A DNA stretch of 64,000 nucleotides from an uncultured delta proteobacterium (GTDB lineage Bacteria; Desulfobacterota; WTBG01): contig CAWCBP010000001.1 in the NCBI GenBank assembly GCA_963793865.1, positions 32,001 to 96,000 of the forward strand. Direction: 5' to 3'. Positions 32,068-42,110 of the stretch are shown in pieces. A model generated the notes under the pieces. That model made no database searches. It was not told where the DNA came from and worked only from the letters and a program-made list of their open reading frames with translations. Each line of letters begins with the position of its first letter. Within the stretch, counting starts at the first letter, position 1. Both the position numbers and the translations under genes were made by a program.

Positions 32068-32490
32068 GCAATGATTATGTAGTGAGGCTGTCACCGGGTT
32101 AAAAACCGCACATTTTCTTCTTACCCTGTCTTTCCATTTCATGCCATGAACGGTACCATTATTAGTGTCGGATTTTCATAGTGCGAATAAATAGAGTGCT
32201 TGAGGGGAGCGACTTCCTGGTGGTTTCGGAGAAGAAGCCTTCTGCCTTTGACATATCAAGTAATTTCCGACTGGAACCGACAGAGCTTACCCCACACCAC
32301 ACCCGGATTGTCAGCGAAGGATTGGGGGCGTTGCACGCCGCCGAGCGATTGCTCCATAAACGCAGCTACCGTGACTCGGGAGGTGATGTCGACGGTCGCA
32401 AAATTGAGCTTTGTCTTGAGTGAAGAAAGTGGTAATAAAGAGGCATTGGGAATGTGATAACAGGAACCTGGTGTCGAAAAGAGAGGGTGT

Positions 32491-33558
32491 ATGAATTACC
32501 GAAGGCTGGGAAAAACGAATCTGAATATTTCGATTATCGCCTACGGGGGGCTTCCCCTTTTTTTTGAAACACCCGACCGGGCCATCCAATCCATCCATAC
32601 GGCGCTCGATGAAGGGATGAATTATTTTGACCTGGATGAGGCCGGCAACCAGTTTATTCCGGAAAAGGTATATCTGGACGGCGGCAGCAAGATAGGCCAG
32701 GTTTTGCGGGAGAGGAGAAACGATTGCTACCTGGGTGTTAAGAGCATGCGCCAGACCTATGATGAGGTCAGGCAGGATGTGCAGCTTGCCCTGAAACGAA
32801 TCGTCAAGGGGACGGCACGGGAGGTCATCGATATATTCCAGCTCGCTTTTCTGGATACGCCGCAGAAAATGGAGGTAATCCTTTCAAAGGATGGCGGATT
32901 AAGGGCTCTGGAAGAGGCTAAGGAGGAGGGTGTCATTGATTACATCCTGGGCGCGGCCCACAATCCGAGAAGCATGCTGCAGATCATCAATTCGGAAAGG
33001 TTCGACGCGATCATGTTTCCTTTCAATATCATCGAGGACGAGTACGCCAGGGAGGTGCTCCCTCTGGCCCGGCAGAAGGATATGGGGACGATGGTGATGA
33101 AACCGGTGGGAGGCGGGCAACTGGGGAGCGTGGCCGAATACTCGCTTCGCTGGATCCTGGCGCATGATGTGACCAGCGCCATTCCGGGCATGCGCAATGT
33201 GCAGGAGGTAAGGCAGAATACCAGGATAGGCCATGAGCTTCAGCCGTTATCATCCCAGGAATATGAAGTGCTGAAAAGGGCGGGGGAGAGCATCGGCAAG
33301 GAATACTGTCACCGCTGCGGATACTGCCTGCCCTGCACGCAGGGTATTCTTATCCTGGGGGTAATGGACTTTTTGAAATCGAAGCTGCTGCCATTGGAAA
33401 AAAAGCGCGCCGCTTACAATAACATAATCGGTCGAAAAATAAGCTCCCCCGCAAGCAGCTGCGTAAAGTGCGGGGAATGTGCCGCCCGCTGCCCTTTCAA
33501 GCTCCCCATACCCGAACTGATGGAGCAGGCTGCTGCCATGCTGGAGAAGGACAAATAA
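32491..33558 (+). CDS. Aldo/keto reductase with C-terminal 4Fe-4S dicluster
   Basis: MNYRRLGKT, MKPVGGG, IPGM, CHRCGYCLPC and CVKCGECAARCP. Confidence 0.9.
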   Translation: MNYRRLGKTNLNISIIAYGGLPLFFETPDRAIQSIHTALDEGMNYFDLDEAGNQFIPEKVYLDGGSKIGQVLRERRNDCYLGVKSMRQTYDEVRQDVQLALKRIVKGTAREVIDIFQLAFLDTPQKMEVILSKDGGLRALEEAKEEGVIDYILGAAHNPRSMLQIINSERFDAIMFPFNIIEDEYAREVLPLARQKDMGTMVMKPVGGGQLGSVAEYSLRWILAHDVTSAIPGMRNVQEVRQNTRIGHELQPLSSQEYEVLKRAGESIGKEYCHRCGYCLPCTQGILILGVMDFLKSKLLPLEKKRAAYNNIIGRKISSPASSCVKCGECAARCPFKLPIPELMEQAAAMLEKDK

Positions 33559-33866
33559 TGTAAGCACGGCTATCGGCACTGTCAGCCAAGGAATTCGGCA
33601 TCACCGCAATTATTCCTGCCCGACCTCAGTTCCTTTCTCCCCCATAACCCGGTAACAGAAGAACCCGCAGGGGGAGACGTGTGCCGCAAATCCCTGGTAT
33701 CCAATAGGTTGAGTGTTCTGCAGCGAGCTGCATGCATGGATATTCTTTTCAAGAACCGGGATATCTGTGTCGATGATTATTTCAAAAGCAGGTTTAAGAA
33801 AGCGGAGGTAACGGCATTCGTTGCCTGGATAAACAGTTATGGGATGACAAGGGAGGGTTTAACCAT

Positions 33867-34226
33867 ATGCGGTCGAGTCAGATTGTACCCATCATCATGC
33901 TGGTGGCTTCCAACTTTTTCATGACCTACGCCTGGTACGGGCATCTCAAGGACTTCAGGGCAAAGCCGCTGGTGATGGTTATTCTCTTGAGCTGGTGCGT
34001 GGCCTTTTTTGAGTACTGCCTGATGGTGCCCGCCAACCGGATCGGGAGCCAGTTATTTTCGCTGCCGCAGCTGAAGGTATTGCAGGAGATTATTACCATG
34101 TGCGTGTTCGCCCTGTTCTGCGTTGCCTACATGAAAGAGCGCATCTCGCTGGATTTTCTCTGGGCGGGTCTGTGCCTTGCCGGCGCGGCGTTTTTCATGT
34201 TCCGGCACATACAGCACCTGCCGTGA
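33867..34226 (+). CDS. DMT family small membrane protein (DUF486-like)
   Basis: SNFFMTYAWYGHLK, FFEYCLMVPANRIG and QLKVLQE. Confidence 0.9.
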   Translation: MRSSQIVPIIMLVASNFFMTYAWYGHLKDFRAKPLVMVILLSWCVAFFEYCLMVPANRIGSQLFSLPQLKVLQEIITMCVFALFCVAYMKERISLDFLWAGLCLAGAAFFMFRHIQHLP

Positions 34227-34320
34227 TTACTGAAATGATTTGCATTTGCCCGCACTATTTGTTTTAATAATTCCTCATTTCAAATAGCCTGGAGAACCCT
34301 GAAGGAAAAGGAGTACAAAC

Positions 34321-35085
34321 ATGGTTACCATTAAAATTATGCCCTGTCTGGATATGAAAGAGGGGAGGGTGGTGAAAGGCGTCAATTTCGTCGGGCTCAA
34401 GGATGCCGGTGACCCGGTTGAAAATGCCGCGTTCTATCAAAAAGAGGGTGCGGATGAACTGGCCATGCTGGACATTGCCGCCACCTTGGAAAACCGGAAG
34501 ACCAGGCTGGAGTGGGTTAAAAATGTTTCCGCAGTGATCAATATCCCCCTGACGGTTGGCGGGGGCATCTCCAGTCTGGAGGACATTGAGCTGGTGCTTC
34601 GAGCCGGGGCGACCAAGGTTTCAATGAACAGCGCCGCGGCAAAAAGCCCCGCGCTGGTCAAAGAGGCGGTAAAGCAATTCGGAACGGAGAGGATTACCAT
34701 TGCCATAGACGGCAGAAGGAACACAACCATGCCTTCAGGTTTTGAGCTGGTGGTTTCCGGCGGCACCAAGCCGGTGGGCAAGGACACGGTGCTGTGGGCA
34801 AAAGAGTGTCAGGACCTGGGAGCCGGTGCAATACTTCCCACCAGCATGGATGCGGATGGAACAAAGGATGGCTATGATTTGCAGTTTACCAGGGCCATTG
34901 CGGATGCGGTCAGTGTGCCGGTGATTGCTTCAGGCGGGGCGGGCACGCTGGAACATTTCTATAAGGGCGCGGTGGAAGGCGGCGCATGCATTTTACTCGC
35001 CGCCTCGGTTTTCCACTATCGCATTTTAAGCATCCGGCAGGTTAAGGAATATTTGAAAGCAAAAGGGCTGCAGGTTTACCTGTGA
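34321..35085 (+). CDS. hisF: Imidazole glycerol phosphate synthase cyclase subunit
   Basis: PCLDMKEGRVVKG, GADEL, TSMDADGTKDGYD and VIASGGAG; stand-alone copy. Confidence 0.95.
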   Translation: MVTIKIMPCLDMKEGRVVKGVNFVGLKDAGDPVENAAFYQKEGADELAMLDIAATLENRKTRLEWVKNVSAVINIPLTVGGGISSLEDIELVLRAGATKVSMNSAAAKSPALVKEAVKQFGTERITIAIDGRRNTTMPSGFELVVSGGTKPVGKDTVLWAKECQDLGAGAILPTSMDADGTKDGYDLQFTRAIADAVSVPVIASGGAGTLEHFYKGAVEGGACILLAASVFHYRILSIRQVKEYLKAKGLQVYL

Positions 35086-35140
35086 GATGCACCGCGGTGT
35101 GACCTTCCGTGGTTTCCTTACCTGGAGGCCTCCCTCATCC

Positions 35141-36142
35141 TTACGGTTCGATGATGGAGAGGGAGGCGTCTGCCAATTTGTCTCCTAAAAATTTATTGAG
35201 AGACCCCACCCCGGGGTCGTTTTCCCGGTACAGGGCCCGGATCTGCTTCCGTCTGTCATGAATCAGCTTCATGGAAGCCGAGTTTATATCCCGCGGCTGC
35301 GCGTTTTTGTATAGATTGAGCCACACGTTAAAATAGTCAAGCGCACACTGGTAGATCTGGCTCACGTCCTGGGGCGCATGCTTGTCGATGGTGCCGGTTA
35401 TGATGTAAGGGGAATGAATTGCCCGCACCCAGTGGAAAACGCTCGGTCTCATGCCGGGAATAACCGAGTAGGTTTGATAGAAATCATCGAGTGGCTCAAA
35501 AAAGTACTTCTGCAGCTGCTCCGGATTTCTTGCCAAATCGTCGGCCGGCATTAAATCGCAGATAAAAAATATGTGGTCGTCCGATTCGTCCCAATCCATG
35601 ATGTAGTAAGGTATGTCATACGCCTGGCCGGGAGTTATGGACAGAACATCAGCAACCATCGAGCCGTAGAAATTCATCCGGGATATGCCGATCTTTTCGA
35701 GCTTGTCAGCCTTGTAGACGCGGTAGTAACACTTTTCCCCTTCAAGCTCAAAGTCGTGGAGGCTGGTAACGTCGACGCCGTCATGCTCAAATACCTGAAC
35801 CGGCTTGATCTCCTTCAGCAGTATGTCGGTTAGATGCTGCAATATGGGGGTGAACTTCTTGGGCCCTCCTTCGCGTGGTACTGCCTGGGCTGTCGCCTGT
35901 CCCTTTCCCGCCGCGGCATCTTTTTCCTTGGGAGACAGCGTCACGCCCGGAATGGTGATGGCATCCTGCGGGCACTCGCGAATGCAGGTTCCGCACTCCA
36001 GGCACTTGGAAGCGTCGGTCATGACACAGAGGTCATTTTCAATTGCCAGAATTTTCATGGGGCAGGCATCGACACAGATGCCGCATCCGATGCAGCGGTC
36101 TTTATAAACAATAAACTCGGTCATTTTATTTTCCTGGGCCAT
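35141..36142 (-). CDS. 2x[4Fe-4S] ferredoxin fused to a ferredoxin-dependent bilin reductase (RCCR/PcyA/PebA-like) domain
   Basis: CIGCGICVDACP and CLECGTCIRECP, a linker, then P..YDIP..IMD, ICDLMP..DL...PE.LQKY, WVRAIHSP, DYF..W and ENDPG..L..FLG. Confidence 0.75.
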   Translation of the reverse strand: MAQENKMTEFIVYKDRCIGCGICVDACPMKILAIENDLCVMTDASKCLECGTCIRECPQDAITIPGVTLSPKEKDAAAGKGQATAQAVPREGGPKKFTPILQHLTDILLKEIKPVQVFEHDGVDVTSLHDFELEGEKCYYRVYKADKLEKIGISRMNFYGSMVADVLSITPGQAYDIPYYIMDWDESDDHIFFICDLMPADDLARNPEQLQKYFFEPLDDFYQTYSVIPGMRPSVFHWVRAIHSPYIITGTIDKHAPQDVSQIYQCALDYFNVWLNLYKNAQPRDINSASMKLIHDRRKQIRALYRENDPGVGSLNKFLGDKLADASLSIIEP

Positions 36143-36172
36143 GATAAGCGTCCTCCAAAGGTTATGAGCGAA

Positions 36173-36201
36173 AGTATAAGATATTATCCCTGGTACAGCA
36201 A
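36173..36201 (-). promoter_or_regulatory. Putative sigma70 promoter of the ferredoxin-bilin-reductase gene
   Basis: TTGCTG-N17-TATACT on the minus strand, followed by a GGAGG RBS. Confidence 0.5.
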
Positions 36202-36247
36202 TTAAAAAGACTGAAAAACATGTAAAGCGGTACGGAAACCTTCTCTC

Positions 36248-37040
36248 TTACCAACACCAGTCCATCCCCCCATCAACGCTTAGGTTCTGCGCGGTAATGT
36301 AGGACGCGTCTTCCGATGCCAGAAAAGCCACCGCCGCGGCAATTTCCTCCGGTTCGCCCTTGCGCGGGAGCAGCAGCTGTCCGCTTTTAACCGATTCGTC
36401 TACCAGCCAGTCCACAAACGTGCCCGGCTCCATCATCATTTCCTTTTCAACATTCCTGTAAATGTCGGTCGCAATCACCCCGGGGGAAACGCAATTTACC
36501 CGGATGCCCATCGGCGCGAGGCATTTAGCCAGGGTTTTGGTAAACATGACCACGCTTGCCTTGGATGAGGCGTAGGCGCCGGACATCCCTTTCCCGCTGC
36601 GCGCCATCAGTGTTGAAAGGGTCACAATCGCGCCTTTCACGTCGTTTTCCATCATGTTGCGCGCGCAGGCGCGGGAAAAGAGAAAAGATCCCCGCGAGTT
36701 GATTGCATATACCTTGTCCCATTCCTCCGGGGAGATATCGAGTGCCGAGGAAGCGGATTCGGCGATCCCGGCATTTGATACCGCCACGTGCACCGGGCCG
36801 AATGCCTCGGTCGCCTGCTGGATGAGGCGGTCGATGTCCTGTTCCTTCGCCACGTCAACCTTGACATAGCGTGCGGTTCCGCCCTGCTTGCGCTATTTCA
36901 TCTGCAACCCGCTCACCATTGACCTGGTTGAGGTCCGCAATGACCACCCGGCCGCCTTCCGCGGCAAAACGATGCGCGATGCTCCGGCCGATGCCGCCGC
37001 CCGCTCCGGTTACGATAATATGCTTGTCCTTAAATCTCAT
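36248..37040 (-). CDS. SDR family oxidoreductase, frameshift near 36883
   Basis: TGAGGGIG, SNAG, YASSK, IRVNCVSPG and SVDGG. Confidence 0.9.
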
Positions 37041-37076
37041 GGTTTCACTCCTTTGCTCTTTTTGATTCCCACTGCG

Positions 37077-37129
37077 GTAGGAGCAGCTTCAGCTGCGATT
37101 GATTTTTCGCGACCACGGGTGGTTCCTAC
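37077..37129. repeat. GTAGGAGC-type REP doublet
   Basis: GTAGGAGCAGCTTCAGCTGCGA...TCGCGACCACGGGTGGTTCCTAC. Confidence 0.75.
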
Positions 37130-37388
37130 AGCAAGACCGGGTTGACAGATACAACATTGTCTTATGCAAAATTTCTGCATGCTTTCTGCAGAGGCGATCT
37201 CAAATGTTTTAGGATACGCGGACGCAGTATGATGTTAATGGTTGGATTCCAAACTAATAATTATTACCATCTGCCGTTTGATAAGTCAACCCCTAATTGG
37301 CAGATTAAGGTGTCGGTTTACCTCGAGTGACGGACACAGCAGAGAACTCATTTTTGGTTACAGGATGGTAACAATCACTGCCATTCAA

Positions 37389-37422
37389 GAAAAAAGGCAC
37401 TCAGAAAATTTTCTAAGTGCCT
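37389..37422 (-). terminator. Intrinsic terminator after the tRNA
   Basis: Minus strand AGGCACTTAGAAAATTTTCTGAGTGCC, then TTTTTT. Confidence 0.75.
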
Positions 37423-37431
37423 GTAATTCCT

Positions 37432-37508
37432 TGGTAGCGGGGGCAGGATTCGAACCTGCGACCTCCGGGTTATGAGCCCGACGAGCTTCCAGGCTGCTCC
37501 ACCCCGCG
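37432..37508 (-). tRNA. Initiator tRNA-Met (CAT)
   Basis: CGCGGGGTGGAGCAGCCTGGAAGCTCGTCGGGCTCATAACCCGGAGGTCGCAGGTTCGAATCCTGCCCCCGCTACCA. C1:A72 mismatch, three G-C pairs in the anticodon stem, encoded CCA. Confidence 0.97.
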
Positions 37509-37521
37509 TCATGTGCCTTAA

Positions 37522-37550
37522 CTAATATTGGATGCGGGCCGATTTGTCAA
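37522..37550 (-). promoter_or_regulatory. Putative tRNA promoter
   Basis: TTGACA-N17-TATTAG on the minus strand. Confidence 0.5.
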
Positions 37551-37573
37551 GCTAAATTTTAGGGGTGTCAAGC

Positions 37574-38014
37574 TCACCGCTCCTCATTCTCTGACGCCCC
37601 TTCCTCGATGAGTGAGGCGATCTTATCGTGGATGAAAGCAGGGATCTTTACAATTTTGCCCTCGAGGTCAATGAATCCATGCCGGGTGTAGCCGCTGACC
37701 AGAAGCGTGCGGTCTGATTTCCGGTAGACCTTGTAATCGAACACGATGGTGACCTTTTTAAAAGAGGAAACCGATGTTTCTATCTCCACCAAGTCATCGT
37801 ATCGCGCGGGCTTATGGTACTTGCAGTAGACTTCCGAAACAGGTGTGATGATCCCGTGCTTCTCCACGTCAGTGTACGGGATGCCGATCTCCCTGAAAAA
37901 TTCCGTCCGCCCCCGCTCAAACCAGCCCAGGTAATTGGCGTAATAGACCACCCCCATGGCATCAATTTCCGCATAAATGACGCGGTATTCGGTAACGGTT
38001 TTCTTCATGGTCAT
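37574..38014 (-). CDS. YbgC/FadM-family acyl-CoA thioesterase
   Basis: RVIYAEIDAMGVVYYANYL.WFERGR and PARYDD; ATGA overlap with the upstream stop. Confidence 0.9.
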   Translation of the reverse strand: MTMKKTVTEYRVIYAEIDAMGVVYYANYLGWFERGRTEFFREIGIPYTDVEKHGIITPVSEVYCKYHKPARYDDLVEIETSVSSFKKVTIVFDYKVYRKSDRTLLVSGYTRHGFIDLEGKIVKIPAFIHDKIASLIEEGASENEER

Positions 38015-39229
38015 CTCCCATCGGCCCCTTTGATGAACAGATCCATTAGGTTGCATCCCTGTTCCACAAAGAAGCCGCTTTCCTGCGCCGATAGCTCGTT
38101 GAACGAGGCCTCTTTGCGCGGAGGCTTTGCTGCGTCTTTGGAGCTGAGGAAGGCAAAGGGTACCGGCTCCGCGGTGTGGGTTTTTCTGACGATGGGCGTG
38201 CGATGATCAGGAAGCACCATCACCCGGTACTCCGGAAAGCGCTTCAATCCTTCGAGCACGGTTCTTACCACCTTGCGGTCGAAATCCTCAATGGCCTTGA
38301 TCTTATTGGCAACGCTGCCGTTGTGTGACGCTTCGTCAGGTGCTTCCACGTGGACAAAGACAAAGTCCTTTCCCTCGAGCTCTTTAAGGGCACGATCTGC
38401 CTTGCCCTGGTAGTTGGTATCGAGATATCCGGTGGCGCCCGGCACCTCGACCGGGATCAGACCCAGGGTGATGCCGATGCCCTTGATTAAATCCACGGCG
38501 GAAATAACAGATCCCGTAAGGCCATACTTTTCCTCAAATGAGGGCATGGTAATGGGCCTGCCCTGACCCCAGAGCCATATGGCGTTTGCCGGGGGCTTCG
38601 ATGCCGCTGTCCGCTCACGGTTGACCGGGCTATCCTGAAGGATGGCCTTTGCCTCCGCCATGATTGTATTAAGTGTATCTGATCCTTTTCCCCGGGGCAG
38701 ATAGAGGATGATGTCTTTCCCGCTGATATCATGGGGAGGGGTTGTCTCAACCGCATCAACGCCGGCTTTCCATACCATAAGGTGCCGGTAGCTCACGCCC
38801 GGATAAAAGCGGATCTGATCATTGCCAAGGCGCCGGTCAAGTTCGCTGATGATCCGTTTCCCTTCTTCAGTAGTAATATGTCCCGCGCTGTAGTCTTCCA
38901 TGATGGTAGCATTGTCCCGCTGCCCCAGGGTCACCAGGTTGCACCGGAAGGCCACATCACGGGAGGTGAGTTTCACCCCGGCACTTGCCGCTTCATAGAC
39001 CGCGCGCCCGGTGAGATAGCGGCGGGGATCGTAGCCGAGGATGCTCAGGTTGGCAATATCACTTCCCGGGGACAATCCTTCGGGAATGGTTTGCACCATA
39101 CCCAGCGTGCCCCTTGAGGCGATGGCTGTCCATCGATTCAGTGTGGGCGGCCTGGAGCGGGGTTTTGCCGCCCAGCTCTTCGAGCGGGTAATCCGCCATG
39201 CCGTCTCCCAGGAGGATGATGTATTTCAT
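38011..39229 (-). CDS. apgM: Cofactor-independent phosphoglycerate mutase (ApgM) family protein, possible homoserine kinase; frameshift near 39125
   Basis: [15 protein letters not shown]...GKTPL read from 39229, then [23 protein letters not shown] and HT. Confidence 0.88.
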
Positions 39230-39286
39230 AGCGTGCGGCGTATTATTGGATCCCCGCCTTCGCAGGGATACGGTTTTTTATCATGT

Positions 39287-39314
39287 GTAGGGGCGACCGG
39301 CCGGTCGCCCCTAC
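39287..39314. repeat. 28-bp perfect GTAG palindrome inside the hom-apgM operon
   Basis: Identical to 14536-14563. Confidence 0.9.
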
Positions 39315-39338
39315 GGAAGGAATCAAGACCCACTTGTA

Positions 39339-40647
39339 TTACAGATCGTCTTCTATCCTGATCAGTCTGGTTCTTCGCCCGTGCCTCGGAGAGGCGGTTG
39401 ATTTCGTCCAGCGCCTTTCTGACCGCCGCCTCACGGGCCTGGTGGGTTAACAAAAAGATGGAGACCGTGCCCCTGGTCTGCCTTCCTTTTTGAATTACCG
39501 AGTGGATGCTGATGCCGTGCCTTCCCAGGATCCCCGATATCTTGGAGAGGACGCCCGGCCGGTCAAGCACGGAAAACCGGAGGTAATAGCGGGTCACCAC
39601 TTCACGGATGTTTTTGATGATGATCTTCTTCATAAACTCCTGCTGATATGAGAAGGGAGGCACCCGCTGTCCCGCGCCACTGAGCATGTTCCGCGCGAGA
39701 TCGATGATATCGCTTACCACCGCGCTGGCGGTAGGCATCATGCCCGCGCCCTTGCCGTAATACATGTTCGGTCCCACCGCGTCTCCATCGATGAAAACCG
39801 CGTTGTAGGTCCCGTCGACCCGTGAAAGCAGGTGGTCATCGGGGATGAGGGTGGGATGAACACGCGCCTCGATCTGTCCGTTTATCCCCCGCGCGATGGC
39901 CAGCAGCTTGATATTATAGCCCAGCTCCCTGGTGAACTCGATGTCAAGCGGCTCAATATGGGAAATGCCCTCGGTGTAAATCCGTTCAAAGGTCACCACT
40001 GTTCCGTACGCCATGCTGATGAGAATGGCAAGTTTGTGAGCGGTGTCCGTGCCTTCAATATCAAGGCCGGGATTCCGTTCCGCATAACCGCACTCCTGTG
40101 CCTCCCGGAGAATATCCTGAAAGTTTCCGCCTTGATTGGTCATCTTGGTGAGGATGTAGTTGGCGGTGCCGTTTAAAATGCCCAAAATGCGGCTGAACCG
40201 GTTTGCCACCAGCCCTTCCTTAATGGCCCTGATGATGGGTATGCCCCCTGCCACGCTCCCTTCAAAACCGATGTCTGCCCCCTTGCCGTGAGCCGCTTTC
40301 AGAAGCTCCATGCCGTGTGCTGCCAGCAGCGCCTTGTTGGCGGTGACGACCTGTTTACCGTTGGCAATTGCCCGGAGCAATATGGTCCTGGCCGGTTCAA
40401 TGCCGCCAATCAGCTCAACCACCAGATCAATGGAGGGGTCGTCGGTGACTGCCTTCGTGTCGGTGGTCAGCATCGCCGGCGACACCCTGATGCCGCGATT
40501 GCGGCGGATGTCCAGGTCGGCAATCTTCTTCACCATAATAGTGGCACCCAGCCGCTCCCGTATCACGGCGGCGTTGCCGCGGAGCAGCTTCAAAACCCCG
40601 GTGCCGACCGTTCCAAAACCAATCATCCCTACGGTGATTTTTTTCAT
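39339..40647 (-). CDS. hom: Homoserine dehydrogenase with ACT domain; frameshift near 39372
   Basis: GFGTVG, VTANK, FEGSVAGGIP, NGTANYIL and DRPGVL. The expected LIRIEDDL* tail is in another frame. Confidence 0.95.
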
Positions 40648-40678
40648 GGTGTTGCCCCGAACATGCTGAGGTATGGAT

Positions 40679-41852
40679 TTAATCGAAGATCTTTCGTATT
40701 CCCCGTACTGCCTGGTTGATCCGGTGTTCGTTTTCCACCAGGGCAAACCGCACATATCCCTCACCGGTATCGCCGAACCCGATCCCGGGGGAAACTGCCA
40801 CCTTTGCCTCCTTGAGCAGCAGCTTGGAGAATTCCAGGGACCCCATTCCGACAAACGGTTCGGGTATTTTGGCCCAGACGAACATGGTTGCCCTGGGTTT
40901 TTCCATGGACCAGCCGGCCCGCCTTAAACCATCAACCAGCGTATCCCGCCTGCTTTTATAAATGGCATTGATATCCCTGACGCTTTCATCCATTTCGTTC
41001 AACGCAATAATGCTGGCAATCTGCACGGGCTGGAAAATGCCGTAGTCAAAATAGCTTTTCAGCCTGGTCAGCGCACTGATCATGTGCGCATTGCCCGAGC
41101 AGAAGCCGACCCGCCATCCCGGCATGCTGTAGCTCTTGGAGAGTGAGAAAAACTCCACCCCCACCTCTTTTGCCCCTTTGACCTGCAGGAAACTGGGCGC
41201 CTGGTATCCGTCAAAGACAAGGTCCGCGTACGCCAGGTCGTGGACCACCATGATCTTGTTATCGACGGGCGAAGTCGACCACCTTGCTGAAAAAGTCCAG
41301 GTCCACCACCTTGGTGGTGGGGTTGTGAGGGAAGGAAAGGATGAGCATCTTCGGCCGGGGCCAGGTCTGCTTGACCGTGGTGATCAAATCCTGAAAAAAG
41401 TCTCCTTCTTCGCGCAGGGGGACGGTGTGCAGATCGCCGCCGGCGATGATGACCGAGTAGGGGTGAATGGGATACGCGGGGGTGGGCACCAGCACCAGAT
41501 CACCGGAGCTGATGGTGGCGATGGCCAGGTGTGAAAGGCCCTCTTTTGCGCCGATGGTGGCGATGGCCTCGGTGTCGGGATCCAGGTCAACGCCGTACCT
41601 TCTGCGGTACCAGTTGGTGATGGCCAGGCGCAGTTTATAGATGCCCTTGGAGGCGGAGTAGCGGTGATTGCGGGGATTTGCCACCGCCTCCACCAGCTTG
41701 TCGACGATGTGCTGCGGGGTGGGAATGTCGGGATTGCCCATGCCCAGGTCGATGATATCGTCACCCCTCCTTCTGGCCTCGATCTTCAGGGCGTCAACAA
41801 TGCTGAAAACATACGGGGGAAGCCTTTTGATCCGGCGGAATTCTTCCATCAT
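40679..41852 (-). CDS. alaC: Class I/II aminotransferase (AlaC-like), frameshift near 41262
   Basis: [28 protein letters not shown] and [14 protein letters not shown]. Confidence 0.9.
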
Positions 41853-42110
41853 GTGTGAAGCCTCTCTTATGGTCCTGTGCGTAAATATGTTGATTTTGAA
41901 GATGTAAAATAGCAAAATGGACCGGAAAAGTCATGGGAAAAATAAAAAGTTATTTTTTTTGAGTTTTAGCGAAAAAATGACGATACCTATAGAGAATGCT
42001 GTTTATCGGTAAAGTGCCCCCACGTATTTAGTTATTTATAGATTTGCCCGGGGTAAGGGGCAGGATGCGCCCCGACAGCGCTATTTCCTGAGACGAGCGT
42101 TTAATCACCT

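Noticed and set aside
32140..32430. Selenoprotein read-through of a TGA in a minus-strand frame
   Set aside because: No credible start or RBS, no recognisable redox motif and no SECIS-like hairpin identified.
37142..37508. Genomic island integrated at tRNA-Met
   Set aside because: No integrase and no duplicated tRNA 3' end was found in the window.
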